Positions 23,060-36,289 of a stretch of DNA of 64,000 bases are shown here, in pieces (within the stretch, counting starts at the first letter, position 1; each line of letters starts with the position of its first letter). The position numbers were made by a program, and so were the translations under genes. This stretch comes from Utricularia gibba (lineage: Eukaryota; Plantae; Magnoliophyta). The notes below the pieces were generated by a model. The model saw nothing but the letters and a program-made list of their open reading frames with translations, was not told the origin of the DNA and searched no databases. The stretch is taken from assembly GCA_002189035.1 (NCBI GenBank), contig NEEC01000019.1, forward strand, positions 558,001 to 622,000, read 5' to 3'.

Positions 23060-24470
23060 TACGAATAATAGTATTCAAAAGATCAAAATGGATATATAGT
23101 TTTTAAAAATAACAGCAATCAATACATATAACACTCAATAATACGTTTATAAATTTGCCAATGTGGATCAGTCTCATCAATTAGCTTCTGACCGAACCGG
23201 AATTAGCTGACGTAACTTCCCACATCATTTGCATCTAGAACACCCTGAAGGAACAAATGAAAGACATTGTAGGGGGCAAGCAAATTGTCCATACCTTCAG
23301 TGCATTTCCATGAGATAGGAAATATTGCATTGTTAACCTAGAAAAATTGCATTAGATAGATTTATAGAAAAAATTTAAGAATAAAGAAATTTAATAAACA
23401 ATTAAAAGTCACTAACCGGGTTTAAAATCGATTTATAAGGAGAGTCATCCACTAACAATGTGTTGGTAGAGTTGTATTTGCCTTCAAATACTTCATTCTC
23501 CCAAATATATCGTAGAGGTTTCAACTTCATAGTATCAAATGCGTTATCGATCCGCCTCTCGGAAGTGATTATGCAATTGCTTTGATCCCATAAAAACACC
23601 AAATTCTTCTTGATATTATCTCCAAGAATGTACTCTACCAATGGCTTGAGTGTATCCCTATCACCAAAAATATTATTAGTAATTGAACACAAAATAAATC
23701 AATTTAATTTCATAATACAATATTTAAAAAATGACTTACATTCCCCTCGATGACCATATTACTACATCAAAATTTGCCATACACCACTCCAAAAAGGATC
23801 TAGAATATGGTCTTAAATACACTGAAAACAAAAATGGTGAATTTTATATGTAATTTAAAAAAATCAAACAAGTAAATATACTAACCTCCTCGTCCCTTAA
23901 TCATAATTGGAGGCGTAGGGTCTCATCTATTTCTACGATATACGACATCGGCTAGTACCCCATTAATATCTAAAACGAGTAACTTCCGGCACGTCATGGA
24001 AAAATAGTTAGGTTGCACAATTAAGCTTCCAGCTCTTTTTTCGTAATTACGAAGAGTGCTAGTCAATCTCTCTATCTCTGATTGTGCTTCTAATAACTCC
24101 AATTGTAGTTTTTGTACCTATAAATAAAATAGTAAATATGAGAAGAAAATATAAAATTTATATAAATCATTTAAAAATAAGTAACATACCATTTCGAGTA
24201 AGGTGTCAACATGTGTAGAAGATGAAAAATCATAAGGCTCGGGAATGTCTCGTGGCACATTTTCGACATTCGGAATTTCCGGAGATAGTTGTCGTCGAGA
24301 CGCACTCCTTTTAGTGCCATACCAAATACGTCTAGTATTTCGAGTATCCATAAATGGTGACTCAACTTCTTACCATTTCAATTGTTTACCATGAACCAAG
24401 ATAATCAAAGAAACTCTTGACGCTTCACCTAATTCATTGACACCTTCATAAAAATAAATGTTTATTATCT
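23060..24470 (-). pseudogene. MULE accessory gene: coiled coil plus full-length FCP1/NIF-like HAD domain (two nonsense codons)
   Basis: Exons ~24470-24190, 24117-23886, 23821-23740, 23657-23417, 23337-~23060, all GT-AG and in frame. Reads SPFMDTRNTRRIWYG...VQKLQLELLEAQSEIERL...RKLLVLDINGVLADVVY...VYLRPYSRSFLEWCMANFDVVIWSSRG...FLWDQSNC...TLLVDDSPYKSILNP|VNNAIFPISW...FGQKLIDETDPHWQIY. Stops AGA-TGA and AGC-TAA. The 5' end is uncertain. Confidence 0.85.
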
Positions 24471-24708
24471 CTGAAAAAAGAGAAGTTCATTCTATTAATT
24501 TTTATTCACTATCTTAATTTGTATATAAATATTCTTGGTTTATATTTAGATTTTTACGTTTACAATTGTTATAAAAAAGATTTTCAAAATGTATTAGTTG
24601 TATTAACTATATAATAAAACATAGAGATATAAATCCATAATACTTATATGAACAAGAATAGGAATACGACAACATAATTCATGACTCCACAATTTATTTC
24701 TGTTTTCC

Positions 24709-27700
24709 TCACTTAAATGTATGTTTTACCTTTTCAAAGAGCGAAGTACGGCGTGATCGCGTCCCTTGAACCGTAGTCTCATCAGAGAATGGCACTTGGG
24801 TTGGATAGGAAAGGGACAATGATAGTCGACCAGCCGAAGTAGTTGCCCTTGGCTCTGTAGGTTGTCCTCCCTCGAATGATGAATGTCTGTAGGTTGGATT
24901 CGCAGGCGAGAGTACATTGGTTGGAAGGATATCGTCTTGCCTGACATATGTGTCTTCTTCATTAATTTCTGTAACTCTTGACTTTCGCCTTCCTCTTTGT
25001 TGGAAATCTACCGGTCCTCTAAATCTGGTTGTTTGGTCACGACCCAACTTTGTTCTTCTTCTTGATGAGTCAACAACCAGCTCGAATGCTGATTCTGCCC
25101 ACTGACTCTCATCACGTATAGGGCGAACTTCACATTTGTATGTATTCACTAAGTTTGATGTCAGGTAATAATCACTTGTCTTCAATATAGGATTTAAACG
25201 GAATTGATGACAACCCTGTGGAATAAAATATTAATTAGATTGAGGATTCTTAAATACTAGTACTAACTGATTTTATAGAGCTTACCATTTGCGCATGAGA
25301 ACAAGGATATCTGTCTATCTGCCATATACCGCAGTCACAAGTTTGATCTCGAACATTGACTCTATATATTCGCATGGAATGATGCCCCCAAGATTGTACC
25401 TCACATATTTGACTGTTCACATCATATGATATGCATTTAAGCATTGTTAACTGATTCAATGCTTCTTGATACTTCATGTGGATTTTGTATCCCAAGGGAA
25501 TCCCATTTTTCTGCATTGATAGTGCCTCTGATCTATAACGTACGAAATATTCACGTGTCTTTTCGAAGGTCACCTACAAAGTTATGGTAACATCAAAATT
25601 TATTCAATAATGAAATTAAATTGCAACTCGTATAACCTCTGCAAGTGCAGTTGGAGGTAAATGTCTTGCTGATCATAAAACGCTATTCATACACTCAACA
25701 TGATTTGTAGTCATGAGTGTGTGCCTGTATTTTAAGAAAACATGTTAGCTAAAGTAAGTAAAACTAACAAAAAAAAACGTTTTACCGATGTCCACCATCA
25801 TAAAACAATGTCCACTCCTCTTTGGATATTTTTTCTAAATAGTGATAGGCATCAATCGAATGTCTTGCTATCTCACTCATGGCCATCCTGAAATCAGTTT
25901 CGGTTCTAGCATAAGAAGCTCTTTTGATCCATTGTCCCAAAGCTTTTGATTTCGAATGAACATGTGACATACAATTTTTTCTGATATGGAAGTTGCACCA
26001 TCGATGTATGCCATAGGGAGGGCTAAAGCGCTTGTAACTATCATAAGCACCAATAATCCCAGAAGCACGATCAGAGATAATACATACATCTTTCCTTTGA
26101 CGAATAACATGATTGGCAAGATTATAGAAGAAAAATTCCCAATCCTCAGTTGATTCTCCATATGCGAATGCATAGGTGACTGGGAAGACACAATTGCTAG
26201 CATCAACAGCAACACAAATCAGCAACTTGTAGTTGTATCGTCCATATAGGTGAGTTGCATCAACACAAAGCACGGGTCGACAGTATTGAAATCCTTCAAT
26301 AGCAAACCTGAAAGCCCAAAATACATTTCGCAACACCTTCTTCCCATCTAGATCACCACCATAACGCCATATCACAATTGTGCCTGGGTTTTGAGTGCGA
26401 AGCTCTCTTATATCGTGGTAGCTCAGTAGTGGAAGTTTCCCACATTCCATAATGAATCTCAGAGGCTCTGGTTATACAAGCCCATGCCTGCCAATATGAT
26501 ATCTCATAATACCATTGCTGCTTTACATAAGCTTGCACAAACTTAACATCTATCTTTCCATCCAGAAGTGAAACCAAACGTGGTGCGATGAACTTGATTG
26601 TAAGATTAACATTGGATGTTGCAAGATCAGCTGTGACATCGCACGTATGCGGTTCTACAAGCTTTGAGATCTTCCAAGTGTTAGATCGTGTCTGAAATCT
26701 TGCCCAGAGATAAAATGGACAATTAGAAGTTTTTTCTTTCGTCTGACGACAAATGCAAGCATATGTCTTTTTATCACTTGCCACCACACGGGTCTCTCGA
26801 TGTGCTATAGAAGTATTGTAGAGAGCAACTGCATCAATAAGGGTCTGTTTATCTGGAAAATGCATCCCTTGTCGTAATTGATTTGATCCCTCAGCATATG
26901 AATCATTGTGAACAGATATATCAATATCATCAGCATATAAGAAGTCCATTTGATCCGGTGATTCAATTTGAGTTTCAAAACAAGTTTCTGATGGATGATC
27001 AAAAATCCCTGGAATTTCATTATCCTCAAAGTCAGATTCATTGATATCTGAGGGATCATTATCAACATACATCGCCCCCTCTAAATCAGACTCTTCAATA
27101 GGGACTGTTGAGGTCTCATACGTTTGATTTACGTGGCCTCTATTATCATATATCTCATCTGAAACATATTCATGATCACCTGAAATAAAAGTTTAAATAC
27201 GAAATACTGAATAAAAAATAGTAATGTTAAAAAAATAGAAAGAGATTAGAGAATTTAATCAATACAAGAATGTGAAGATGGAATTCTAACCATAACGAAA
27301 CGAAGGCTCCCAAAAAGGATCAAATGGTGCATCCAAGTCTTGTGTTGGATAACTGCTATTGTTGCACCCCTCACTAGTTTGTTCGTTTAGGTTGAGCCGC
27401 CAATCTGCAATTATAAAAAAGTTCATGCTATTTTATATCACAACTTATGATAGAAAACATCAAAATTTTTCTAAATTTCACTTGGAGCATGACTACTAGA
27501 AATCTCATCCCATCGTGGGTTTGTTTTGACGAATAATTCAATTCCATACTCTGAATTGTTAGGTGATAAAATATAGCGTAATACGTCGGTACTTGAAATC
27601 TCCATAAAATTCGCATTTCCAGATTCCGCATCATAGAATTTTGCATTTAAAGTAAATTGAAAATGCAAGGGTGACATTTGGAGAGTCTCACCTATAATTT

Positions 27701-27833
27701 CAATAAGTTTATCAAGAGTAGATGTGCATTTAGCCTTGATGATTTTCACAGGATCTCTATCGTATGCAACGTATCCAGATGCATTTTGAATTAGATTTCC
27801 TCCGTAGAACACTTTGACAAGAACCTTACTCAT
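24709..27833 (-). pseudogene. MuDRA-like MULE transposase, disrupted
   Basis: N-terminal KVFYGG segment; MuDR DNA-binding GMHFPDKQTLIDAV; DDE residues CVDATHL, ISDRASGI, NHVECMNS; SWIM CDCGIWQIDRYPCSH. Frameshift near 26410 (overlapping ORFs 26353-27072 and 25782-26450) and an in-frame TGA near 25680. Confidence 0.9.
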
Positions 27834-28387
27834 TATCCTTTAATGAAAAAAGAAATTTCAGAAGAGAAACTAATGAAAAAAATTGCTTAATAGTGAAATA
27901 CAATACCTATTACATGAGATTGTCAAATTCTACTTTAAGATAGCATCTCATGTGGTCGAGAAATTGAGAAAAGAATTGATACGATTCATACTAAGGAAGC
28001 CTTTTAATATAGAAGATAAGAACAAATATTTTATATTGTGTGGCTAAGATTTATAAAGGATAATATGAAGATAAATAAGTGATGGAAAATAGTGGGAACG
28101 GATATCATGAAAACCAAATGGATAATATAAATTTCAATTTGTAATTTAAACCTTTTTAAACTTTTTTCTTATATAGTATTTAATTTTTTTCTTGTCTCAT
28201 ATTTTAAAAATATTACTTTAAAATTTATTATTATAAATTTTAAAATTAAAAACTTTATATAAAAAAATCACATTAGTAAAATGAAATAATTGGATGCTGG
28301 CACGTATGCAGCACCCATAGCTGGGCACTGCTTACCACGTTTGCAGCACCCAGAGCTAGCATATTGGAAGATCAATCGGCCAAACTA

Positions 28388-28525
<138 letters not shown>

Positions 28526-29988
28526 TCAAGTGAAATGTGAATAACACGTCTCTCTTTGAAAGAAGGGGCGCTTCCGGTTCTGTCGGTGCTTGAAACAATT
28601 TGGTCTTCTCCATATTACTATATCTCTAGAGCTGGCCGCTGCTTGTTAAAATAGCCAATGTAAATATAAGTTTTACATTATTATACAAAGCAATTTATAG
28701 ATCTAAGTTATTTTACAAAGAAAAATAAAAAAATATGTAATTTACAAATTAGAATAAAAAGTTTCGGTAAATTACAAATGAAAAATTAAAATAAATAAAT
28801 AATAATATAGCAATTAATTATTAATTTTTATTTCGTAAATAACTTATATCATTTATTATATTACATTTTTGTAAAAAATTTTAAATAGTTTAATAGTATA
28901 GGTTTCTTAATATCATTATTAATAATAAATTTTATTATTTAATATAATTTTAAAAACATTATACTTCATATTCTTTTGTTTTTTGTGTAAAAATCAATTT
29001 CTTCAACATTTGCCTATGCCAACATAAAATAATATGCCCATCATGAGTTTTTTTTATTTAAAAAATAAGAAGTTCAGTATTTTGCAAATGAAAACTCAGA
29101 TTATATGTAATTTTATAATAAAAAAAACTTTCAGTATTTTACAAATAAATGTAGTCTGACACAGACATTTACCAAATTTTGACTTGTAATACATGTAAAA
29201 TATTAATGAAATAAAAAGCTCCCGTATTTTACAAACATCTTTCTTCTGACACATGTATTTAACAAATTTAGCCGAAAAAATTGCAAGTTGATTATCAAAG
29301 AACCAATCGCACCCGAAAGATAAGTCTTCTAAATTTCAGAAAAGAGTTTGAGGGTTTACGTATGACTGAGTCTGAAAAGGTGAAGCAATATATTGATAGA
29401 TTAATGTTGATTATAAATCCAATAAGATTACTTGAGGTGTCTTCCTTTTCAAGCTGAGGGCCTTCTACAGGGCTCGTAGTTCTGGCAGGAGATAAAGAAG
29501 TTCAGGATTCTCTTATTGTTAAAAAAATTTCAGTAATTATACCTCAAAAATTTGATGCTACGATCACCTGAATTGAAGCTATATCTGATTTAACTGATAT
29601 GACCATTTCTGGCCTTGTTAGTGTTTTAGAATCTGCTAAGATAATTTTTATTGTTTCTTATTTGCCTCAAAAAATTCCGATATCTTGGTTTTCTGTTAAG
29701 CATTGTCATGTTGTGTTGTTTTGTGGTGTCAATTTGAGTCAGTCATTACTGAGTTCACTATCCTGCTTGCATGCATGATCCATTTAGTAGAGTAAACTTG
29801 TAATAATGAGATCTAAGCATTTTAGTATTGCATTTTCTTCATTTGCTCTTAAAGAATTAGAGTGACAAGTTTGTATGCAGCTGTTAGTGTGCATATTGGA
29901 TTTCTAAACATTAGGATCATTAATCTCATCTTAGGACAATACTACATCCAGTTTGCATTTAGTTTACATTTGGAAGTTCGAAAATAAG

Positions 29989-30065
29989 CCACCGTTTGTA
30001 GACATACCAAATATTAGTTGTATTTGATGTGGCACTAAAAGCAGTACGACTCGATGATAATAATC
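29989..30065 (+). pseudogene. Third fragment of the TE-borne HAD accessory gene (N-terminal motif only)
   Basis: Reads PPFVDIPNISCI*CGTKSSTTR, versus SPFMDTRNTRRIWYGTKRSASR (MULE copy) and PPFVDALRTKRYWCG (hAT copy), with identical spacing; clear nucleotide similarity to the reverse complement of 24285-24355. Confidence 0.6.
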
Positions 30066-30369
30066 ATGGTAAATTTCCAACGTCCAAGACGCACCAGAAT
30101 GAATATTCATCCTCATCAGAATGAATAGTCACGAGGCAAGAAAAGGTAGGCATATTTAAAAAAAAAGTATTTTGTAAAAATACAACGTTAAATGAAGCAA
30201 TGAAAACTCTAGGGATTCATCACTTTTTGTGTTTGAAATAAAGAGTAAGTTAGAGTTATAAGGTCTTGAAACGATAAGAAAGAATCAAACTTTAAGTTGA
30301 ATGCATATTGGCTAGAATTTAGTATAGTGCTAGAATTTTAAACCATATGATTAGAAGATAAATATTTCT

Positions 30370-33300
30370 TATTTTCATACAACATTTTATTTCTTGAGTA
30401 TTTAGAAGTACTTAAAAATCTTGATGTAATCCAATTTATGTATAAGACTTGCATTTATAAATTCATCATGTTTTATGGATCAATTTGAATTTTTTTGTTA
30501 CTATACTTATTCAATTATTAAATATTTATGGATCACATGCTTGATTTACAGATATTTTAATGAGATCATGACTCTATGAAAATAAAAAGCCTGCATCACC
30601 TTTTCCTTAGTAGTAATCAATATCGATAGTGATCAATCCCTAACCAACATCCACTTACACCCGCCAAACATATGATCCCTACGATTCCTTCATATTCTTT
30701 GATCCCACACGAAAACAATCTCATTTACTTATTGCTTAACATATGTGAAAACAACAACAAAATAAATTGTTTTGATCAAATACTAAAAAAAAAATCTCAA
30801 AAAATTATTTTCGATCAGATCAAAATCATCATTTTTGTACATTTTATGACATACCATTTTACAAGATTGAGCAGCCAGTCCCCTACAAACCGTGAGTACC
30901 TTTCATTACAATTAAAATAATAAAAAGATATGAAATATCATGTTCTTAATTATGATAATATTGGTCTCCATGAATATCATAATATGTAAATGTATTAAAT
31001 TAAAATAGCACCATCATGCCGCTGTGACAGTGAGCATTATTTATTTATTTTTTGGATTATTAAATCTGGGTTTAGGACCAAGCCTAACTCACAGAGATCA
31101 CACATCCATTAACCGTTGACCGGACAAAAAGCGGTTACCGATGACCGGTTTTCTTCCGCATGAGCTGGCTTCAAAGCACGTAACATCACCATCTTCAAAT
31201 CTACTCTGAAACAACACAATTTTAATTTGAAACCCGGTAGAACCGGTTGAAAGTCACTGTCCGGTTCGTTAACCGGAACCGGTCCACGGTTTCTGTTCGA
31301 ACCGGAGAGGGGACCCAACGATAACCAAAACTAGTGCGAACCCACCTGCGTGCCCTAGAGGGGAAATCAGAAATGCAGAGTGCGGTGTCTGTCTTAAACG
31401 GCTTCCTTCATTTTAGGTAATATAATATAATACAATATTTTCTTTCTTAAATTTCGAGGGACAGGAAATGTAATAAAATAATAATAATAATAATCGAGAA
31501 GGGTTTTGAATTTTCAACACACACTTTGTCTTTCTTGAGTGTCCAATTACGCCACTGCTTTAGAGCCGGTATTTTCGAATGGTTTTTTATTATTATTTGT
31601 CTATTTTGGAAATTGCCATGTGTTGAAAAATTCAACCTCGTTGGAGGACAAAAAATATATAATATTTTTAATTCTGGTGATTTTCTTTTTTTGAGAAAAT
31701 TTTTTTTTTTTTCTAATTTGGAAGTTGGAAACCGTTGAAAAATTCAAACGCTGCGGATGAATATATGTGTAAAATGAATATTGTATATATTAATTTTTTA
31801 CCAGAAAAATGGCTGAGAGGGCGCGAGCATCGAAACATTGGCGTGTGTTGCAGAAGAAAGTGAAGAATCGTGACGAGAAAGTGGAAAGCATTTGGATTTG
31901 CGTTTCCTTGTCTTCGTCTCCGTCTGAGCTCCGAGAAGAAGAAAATGGCGAATCTGAAAGTGAAATCGCAGTTTCTCGCTACCTTCTTCCTCATACTTAT
32001 GACTATTTCTGCCCTCGTTCTCTCCGCTAAACGCGGAACAGTCTCGAAGAATGTCGAACTGGAGAGTCGTCATGAACAGCAGCAAGATGCAATACGCCCA
32101 GATTCCTGCGATTTGTCTTCTGGGAAATGGGTTTTGGATGAGGCGTCCCCTGTTTACGCAGAAACGGAGTGCTCCTTCATGATAGATGACTACGCTTGTG
32201 AGAAGTACGGGAGACGAGATTTCAAGTTCCGGAGATGGAAATGGCAGCCCCATGAATGCAATCTTCCGAGGTTTTGTTTTTCTTCTTGAATTCTTCTCCC
32301 CCAATTTTCATTAACCTGCGTCAAAAACAGGTTTAACGCGACCGCGCTCCTGGAGAAACTTAGAGGGAAAACGTTGATCTTCGTCGGGGACTCATTGAAC
32401 AAGAATCAATGGATTTCGTTGCTTTGTTTGATTGAGTCTTCTGTTTCCACGAAATCGATCACCAGAAGAGATAATCTCTTCACCTTCTACGCCACCGTAT
32501 GCCCTCGGATTCATTCTCGTTTTTCTGGGTCGTCTTTTTATGCGAACTCTGGACCTGTTTTCGTTCAGGAATTCAATGCCACGATTGGGTTCTACTGGTC
32601 GCCATTGTTGGTCGAATCAAACTGCGACAATCCCGACACACACAGGATCAAAGATCGTGTGATACGAATCAGTTCCATCGAGAAGCATGCTAGATATTGG
32701 AGCGATGCTGACATACTCGTGTTTGATTCCTTCGCCTGGTGGCTGGAACCAACCATGACTGTCATGTAAGGCCTTCTTCTTCACGGTATACCCTGCAATT
32801 ATACTGTAAAAAATGGCGACATGGCAGAACATGAACTTTAATCCATTGCTATGAATCCCAACTTTCTTTTTGGAGAGGAATCCACTTTATTTAAATGCAG
32901 GTGGGGGTCCTTCGAGAGCCCATACTCGATCAAGAAGCGCGTCCAGATGCCGCACCGGCGGTACGAGATGGTCCTGGAGACATGGTCGCAGTGGCTCGAG
33001 ATCAGCATCAACCGGACCAAAACCAGGCTGTTTTTCAGGAGCCTCTCCCCTTTACACTTCTTGTCCGTCGCTGAAGCTACGTGTTTTCCTTTTGTAAACT
33101 GAAGTTCATCTATCGTAATGCTATGCGTACTGCAGTGGCGAGAGTTGGGGCGAGCCGATGAACTGCTACAACGTGACGGAGCCGATTGGGAAGCCCGAGT
33201 ACTGGGGGGTCATGACGGATGTGGAGATGATGAGAGCATCGAAGATGGCTGTGGATAAATTGGCCGGACGAGGACTGCGAATTGAGTACATGAACATAAC

Positions 33301-33660
33301 GCATTTGTCGGATCTTCGGATAGATGGGCACCCTTCCATTTACCGGAAGTTTAACGAGCCGCCGTCGGAGGAGCAGATGACGGAGCCCACGAGTTACGCC
33401 GATTGCTCACACTGGTGCCTACCAGGGGTGCCGGACGTCTGGAACCAGATTCTATATTCTTATATCATCAACTAAACTACAAACTCCCAGGATTTTGATC
33501 ATCAGTCCGGCTCACGCAGTTCTCTGTTTTGCTGCTCCGCCAAGGACTTTGTTCACACAAAAGAAAGCATCCACTTTTTCCCAGTGAAGTTAAACCTTTT
33601 TACTGCTGCCACACAAACTGGTTCAACTTCTAAGAAGAAAGATGGGGCAAGCGAGACAAA
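30370..33660 (+). repeat. Copy 2 of the ~3.2-kb segmental duplication
   Basis: Aligns to 2130-5308; carries an extra ~160 bp at ~30570-30730 that is absent from copy 1. Confidence 0.92.
31945..33475 (+). CDS. TBL34-like: TBL34-like O-acetyltransferase, copy 2 (intact)
   Basis: Exons 31945-32270, 32331-32496, 32569-32765, 32901-33062, 33136-33475; continuous frame with TM anchor, GDS (GDSLNKNQW) and DxxH (DCSHWCLPGVPDVWN). Confidence 0.93.
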
Positions 33661-34170
33661 AATGCAGACAGAAACTACCTGGTTTTCCGAGATCAGACAA
33701 AGAAGAAACACACGAATGAGAGGGTAGAGATGATAGGCACCGTGGAGTTCACTGGTTGCACGAATGGATATTGCCAATTCCAGGGAAGGATGGAAGCACT
33801 GCAACAAGAGCATCTACATAGCTCAGGGGATCTGAATACATCAAACGCGCTCTCAAGAACACTTCCCCCTCAAAAGGCTGATGCAGATCTACGTGCTTAT
33901 CACAGCAAAAGGAAATAATCTAACGTCCATCTTCTTTCACAATATCTCGGTGGGAAAAAAAACAACACAATATTGTATGAATACATCAATGCCCTTCTGT
34001 TAAGTGAAGAGATTCTAGTAACTCCCAACACCAAAATCTTTGTGAACATCAATCTTAATCAGATGATTCTTGAAATGTTCACCTCCTTGCAAGATGGAGC
34101 TCGTTTCCCCTTTATAAGAATTAAGATAGATTCTGGAAGAACATTGTAAAGACTGGAAGAACAAACTCAC

Positions 34171-35850
34171 TGTTATCACTTCAGCCATACTTCAATATGT
34201 ACAATTGTATAGAGTTGTTTGTTGAGCTTACTATATACAATTACAAAGAAATAAAATAAGTCCCACAAGGCCCATAAGTGTGAAGTCTCTATTCTGTACC
34301 TTTGGTTATTATGTTTCAAATGAGAATAGTCGTCTTTCATCATTCCTCCCTCAAACTTGTATCCCGTGAAGAAACAATTCCAAGTTTGAACCTCAAATTC
34401 ATAAACGAGCTGACTGCTAGAGATTTATTAAGAATGTCAGCCACTTGTTTGGAAGATGATGCTGTGGTAACAAGAAGCCCTTCTTATACTATTCATGAAC
34501 GGTGTGGCAATCGATGTCAAGGTGCTTCGTCCATTCGTGAAACACATCGTTCTTGGTTATGTGTATGGCCGGTTCACTATCGCACCAAAGGGGAATTGGC
34601 AATGGTATGTGATATCTAAGGTCTCTAAGAATTTAGTATATCCATAGAAGTTTCAGGGTCACTGATCCCATCGTACGATACTCAGCCTCAACTGATGAAT
34701 TAGATACAGTATCTTGTTTCTTTGTCTTCTAGGAAGCAAGATTATTTCCAATGAAAATGCAAAAACCAGTCATTAATTTTCTTGTTAGAGTACACGAACC
34801 CCAATCCGCATCGCAAAAGGTTCGTAACGAAATTTTTTCTGCTACAGTATAGTATAAGCCATAACAAACAATGCCCAGTAGATAGCGTAATAGTCGAAAA
34901 GCTCCTCCCAACGTCAGCAATAGGATGTTTCATGAATAGATTGAGATGTTGCACCACAAGCTTCAACATTCTGCACTGGTTGATTTTTTCCATTGCTGAA
35001 TTTATGATTTCATGGGAGTGGAAAAGGCATCTTCTTTTGATCAAACATGCCAAAATCCTCTACTATGCGATGAGAATAATGCTCTTGAGTAAGAAGGAGA
35101 CCTACACAAGTCTGAATGAACTGAATCTCCAAAAAGAACTTGGCTTCACCAAGGTCTTTAATGGTGAACGTATGATGTAGAGCCCCTTTTATGCTGTCAA
35201 TAGCTTTCATACGAGAATTGGGCAAAAGAATATCATTAATGTAAAGTATCACCCATAGAATGAGCTATGAACTAGATAGCATAAAGGGACATGGATCATG
35301 AGTAGACTGGTGTAAACCAAGCTGAAGCAGCACATGAGTGAATTCTAAATTTCATTGACGTGACGATGCTTGTTTGATTTCGTAAATAGAACATTGCAGA
35401 AAACATACCAAATTGAAGCCAACTTTGTATCCCTCAGGCAATGCCATGTAAATTTTCTCATCTAAGTGGCCATGTAGAAATGCATTATTGATATTGATGG
35501 TTCAATTGTGTAGCCATTGTCAATGTCAATCGGATTGTGACAAGCTTTGCCACTAGAGCAAATAGATCAGAAAAATCAACCCCCTCAATCCGTCTATATC
35601 ACTTAGCCATTAGACGGACCTTGCGGCACTCCAAAGAGCTATCAGCCTTCAACTAAATCTTAAACTCTCATTTTGAACCTATCACATGTGTTTCCAGGAG
35701 GGAGAGTAGTGAGGATCCAGGTACCATTTTTGTCTTGTGCATCCAATTCCTCTTTCATAGCAACCTCCCATCCTACTATACCTTTAGCATATGCATAAGT
35801 AACATGTTCAAAGAGATTAGATATTTGGGTGCTACCAAGGTGCAAAGAAG
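34171..35850 (-). mobile_element. Ty1/copia 3' remnant (RT-RNaseH, PPT, 3' LTR 34171-34342)
   Basis: Minus-strand ELDAQDKNGTW, FTIKDLGEAKFFL, FCDADWGSC and QVADILNKSL; PPT GAGGGAGGAA; short TG...CA LTR. Confidence 0.78.
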
Positions 35851-36289
35851 TAAAAAGTAAAGTTATTTGACAAATTAATACATAAAAGATGATTTTTTTA
35901 ATAAAAATTACAAAATGGAACTATTTTACTAATTTATTTTTCATAGAGGCCTACTTTACAAAAAAAAAAAAAAAAAAAACTCATATAATTTGAAATTATA
36001 TTAAAATTTTAAGATTATAAATATTTTGTAAGATATTTTAAGATTATATTATAAAATTTAATGTTATGATATATATGTATATATATGTATATTGAATTGT
36101 GTCAAAATTAATTAATATACTTTTTAATTAAATTTTTATTTCATTATTAAAATACAAATTTAATAAATTCAACATTTTTTAAAGTTAATTTTAAATTTGA
36201 ATTTATAATTTTATTATAGAATAAATAAAAAAATTATATTATTCAAAAATTAAATAAAATTACCTCAATAAATTTGTCTCTGCCAACAA

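Noticed and set aside
24470-24725. Direct in-frame splice of the MULE transposase onto the HAD gene
   Set aside because: The obvious donor (GAAAAG|GTAAAA) is phase 0 while the candidate acceptors need phase 1; a fusion is not demonstrated.
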